Of a stretch of 64,000 nt of DNA, positions 61,743-64,000 are shown one piece after another; positions within the stretch are counted from its first letter, which is position 1; every line of letters starts with the position of its first letter. Source of the DNA: Podarcis pityusensis (taxonomy: Eukaryota). A program made the position numbers and the translations under genes. Under the pieces are notes generated by a model. The model did not search any database, was not told where the DNA came from, and worked only from the letters and a program-made list of their open reading frames with translations. The stretch lies in NCBI GenBank assembly GCA_964106645.2, contig OZ067048.1. One strand, 5' to 3'.

Positions 61743-62044
61743 GTTTAAGCACTGCAACAGACTTGAAGGAGGTGGTATAATGCTTAGTTCTTGGGCACGG
61801 TAAACCAAGGAAAAGCATTCAGTATGGAGCAAATATGCATGAATAATAAGGGGGCATTTCCTCGGGTCTTCTGGAAAAGTGAAACAGTGTAACATTTTTC
61901 GCAAGATATTATGGACAAAACTTGGATGTGTTCACACCTATTTTCTCGGAAAAAAGTAGTTTAATTTCACAACACTTTATGATAGTCAACTGTGGATGTA
62001 CAACAGTGAGCGATTTACTCCCAACTGTATCTTGAGAAGTACAG

Positions 62045-62440
62045 ACACCGTTATTTGCCTCAGTTCCTCGGACTCCTTTCCTGGGAAAATTATTTTAGGC
62101 ATAGGGATCTCTCCTACATCTCCCACAGTGAAGACTGAGGCAAATAATTCATTTAGCTTCTCTGGATTCTCCTTGTCCTTCTTTAGCACACTTGTTACTC
62201 TCTTGCCATCTGAAGGTCCAACCACCTCCCTGTCTAGTATCCTGCTACTAATGGTATTTAAACAACTTTTTGTTGTTGGTCTTTATGTGCTCCTCAATTT
62301 TATTTTTGTATCTGTTATTATCTACTTGTTTTAATGCGTTTTGTGATCTTCTTTGTTCTCATTTGAAAAAGACTTCGGTATTTTAAAGGAAGCCTTCTTG
62401 CCTCTAATAGCTTAACCATGCTGATACCTCTTGATCCTGA
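62045..62440 (-). mobile_element. CR1 LINE internal ORF2 fragment
   Basis: VGPSDGK..VLKKDKENPEKLNELFASVFTV matches the CR1 'AEKLNEFFASVFT' motif upstream of RT. Confidence 0.85.
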
Positions 62441-63090
62441 TCTGCATTATGTGAGTTTGTGTGTGTGTATTTAACAGAAGTCTTCCACAATCTTCTGCAA
62501 AACCTTCACATTGTTGTTGTTATTTTTAAAGACTGATGCATATTGTAATTATATTTCAGACTTGTCTTCAGAATGCAACAATCTGTGGAAATGGACATTC
62601 TCATATGGCATGGGCTGAAAGAAACAAAATGGCTAAATAGTGCTCACTTGAAGAGCAAACAGCAGCAGGTGGTGTGACAACAGACAACACCCACTGAAAT
62701 GTAACCACATTTGTGACAAACCACCCACCCAAACCTGGGATTTTGGTACTAACAAGTCTGCACATCAACACTGTTGATGTATAACCAATTATTTTTATTG
62801 GATTAAATGTAACAAAAGCACAGGTTGGTATTCTGATGTGGAAACACTGCATAAAACTTGCATAAAGTTCTGAGATTCTATGATAAACTTTTATCTGAAA
62901 CCATACTAAAAACATGTATTTAGTATTTCTCTCTGTGATAATCATCAACTGTGATCTACTGATGGGCAACACTCTGCACTGGGCTGTACATGTTAGACAT
63001 TTCATATGATATTGGGCTGAGCCCAGGCATTAAAAGAGGGGCTCGGGTATGTGTAACAACTCTGGCTCTAATTAAGCCATTGGTACCATA

Positions 63091-63343
63091 CCTGCTCCTG
63101 CCAACCTAGCAGTTCGAAAGCACGTCAAAGTGCAAGTAGATAAATAGGTACCACTCCGGTGGGAAGGTAAACGGCCTTTCTATGCGCTGCTCTGGTTCGC
63201 CAGAAGCGGCTTAGTCATGCTGGCCACATGACCCGGAAGCTGTACGCTGGCTCCCTCGGCCAATAAAGCGAGATGAGCGCCGCAACCCCAGAGTTGGCCA
63301 CGACTGGACCTAATGGTCAGGGGTCCCTTTACCTTTTTTTACC
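63091..63343 (+). mobile_element. Sauria SINE, 5'-truncated
   Basis: Body closely similar to 30886-31216; tail ccctttacctttt. Confidence 0.92.
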
Positions 63344-63477
63344 AAACCATATTTTCTTAATTACAGGCAGGCAACATAAGGCTTGCAGGCTGCATCCAGT
63401 TTTTCCCAACTGAGACAGCTGCTTAAGTTTAGAAATCAAAGCTGAATGAAAAGCAAAAGGTACTTACAGCATATGTA

Positions 63478-63620
63478 ATCTGTAGAGCCCGAAGGGACCC
63501 TCAGGCGTTATCTAGTCCAACCTCCTGCAATACAGGAATCACAGGTGAAGAATCCCTAGCAGGTAGACGAAGGAGGTCAATGACCTTCCAAGGGAACCCA
63601 TTTCACTGTTGAACAAGTTG
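63478..63620 (-). mobile_element. CR1 3' end (degenerate)
   Basis: tgtagag..gaagggaccc..atctagtccaacctcctgcaatacaggaatc, homologous to 8340-8400. Confidence 0.7.
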
Positions 63621-64000
63621 CCCTGTCATTTTACCAGGAAAAGCTTTAACAGTCTGGATGCAGCCATTAGGCAAATCAGTCTCCCTTGCTCTAAGGTTGC
63701 CCCAAAATCAACAAATGTTGTTTAGGATGTGAAGCTAGCCATACAATTATACTGCTTGTGGGACTCCACTTTATTGCAACAGTCCTGTAAAATCCACATT
63801 TCCAGGTACACAAGATACATCATGCAAAACGTCATTTAATAATCTAAGGTGTTTTGTGCAATCTGTCATCCTATTGTGCAGATGTTTTTGAGCAAGTGGC
63901 TGTGATAAAAAGAAAACTCACACAGAGAGAATAAAAGTATCCTTTTTGCCCAGATGCCAACAGTGGACAAAAACAGTCATATGAATTTGCCCCTAACCTG

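Noticed and set aside
1-64000. CRISPR array, operon or other prokaryotic/viral system
   Set aside because: No regularly spaced repeats, no dense long ORFs and no LTR/gag/pol signatures; the sequence is vertebrate intergenic DNA.

Overview
This window is vertebrate (squamate reptile, probably a lacertid lizard) genomic DNA, not microbial. The taxon is inferred from Sauria SINEs, BovB and squamate-type CR1/L2/L1 repeats. The only host protein-coding sequence is the last coding exon of AP3B1 (268-421, + strand) with its 3' UTR. The remaining ~63 kb looks like gene-desert sequence; in human the interval downstream of AP3B1 leads to TBCA and OTP (recalled synteny, not visible here). It contains many TE copies (L1, CR1, L2, RTE/BovB, Sauria and CORE SINEs, Tigger-type and hAT MITEs, Penelope remnants) and TE-free, homeobox-site-rich stretches that are candidate conserved enhancers. 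The most notable observations are four. (1) A complete ~2.05-kb L1-like element with an intact CpG-rich 5' end, poly(A) tail and 19-bp TSD but no ORF2 (HAL1-like non-autonomous element). (2) Seven short irregular N-runs that look like hard masks over ultraconserved elements rather than assembly gaps. (3) An OposCharlie1-like hAT terminus. (4) A decayed Penelope hammerhead ribozyme. I found no convincing novel gene system. All family assignments are by eye, without database searches.
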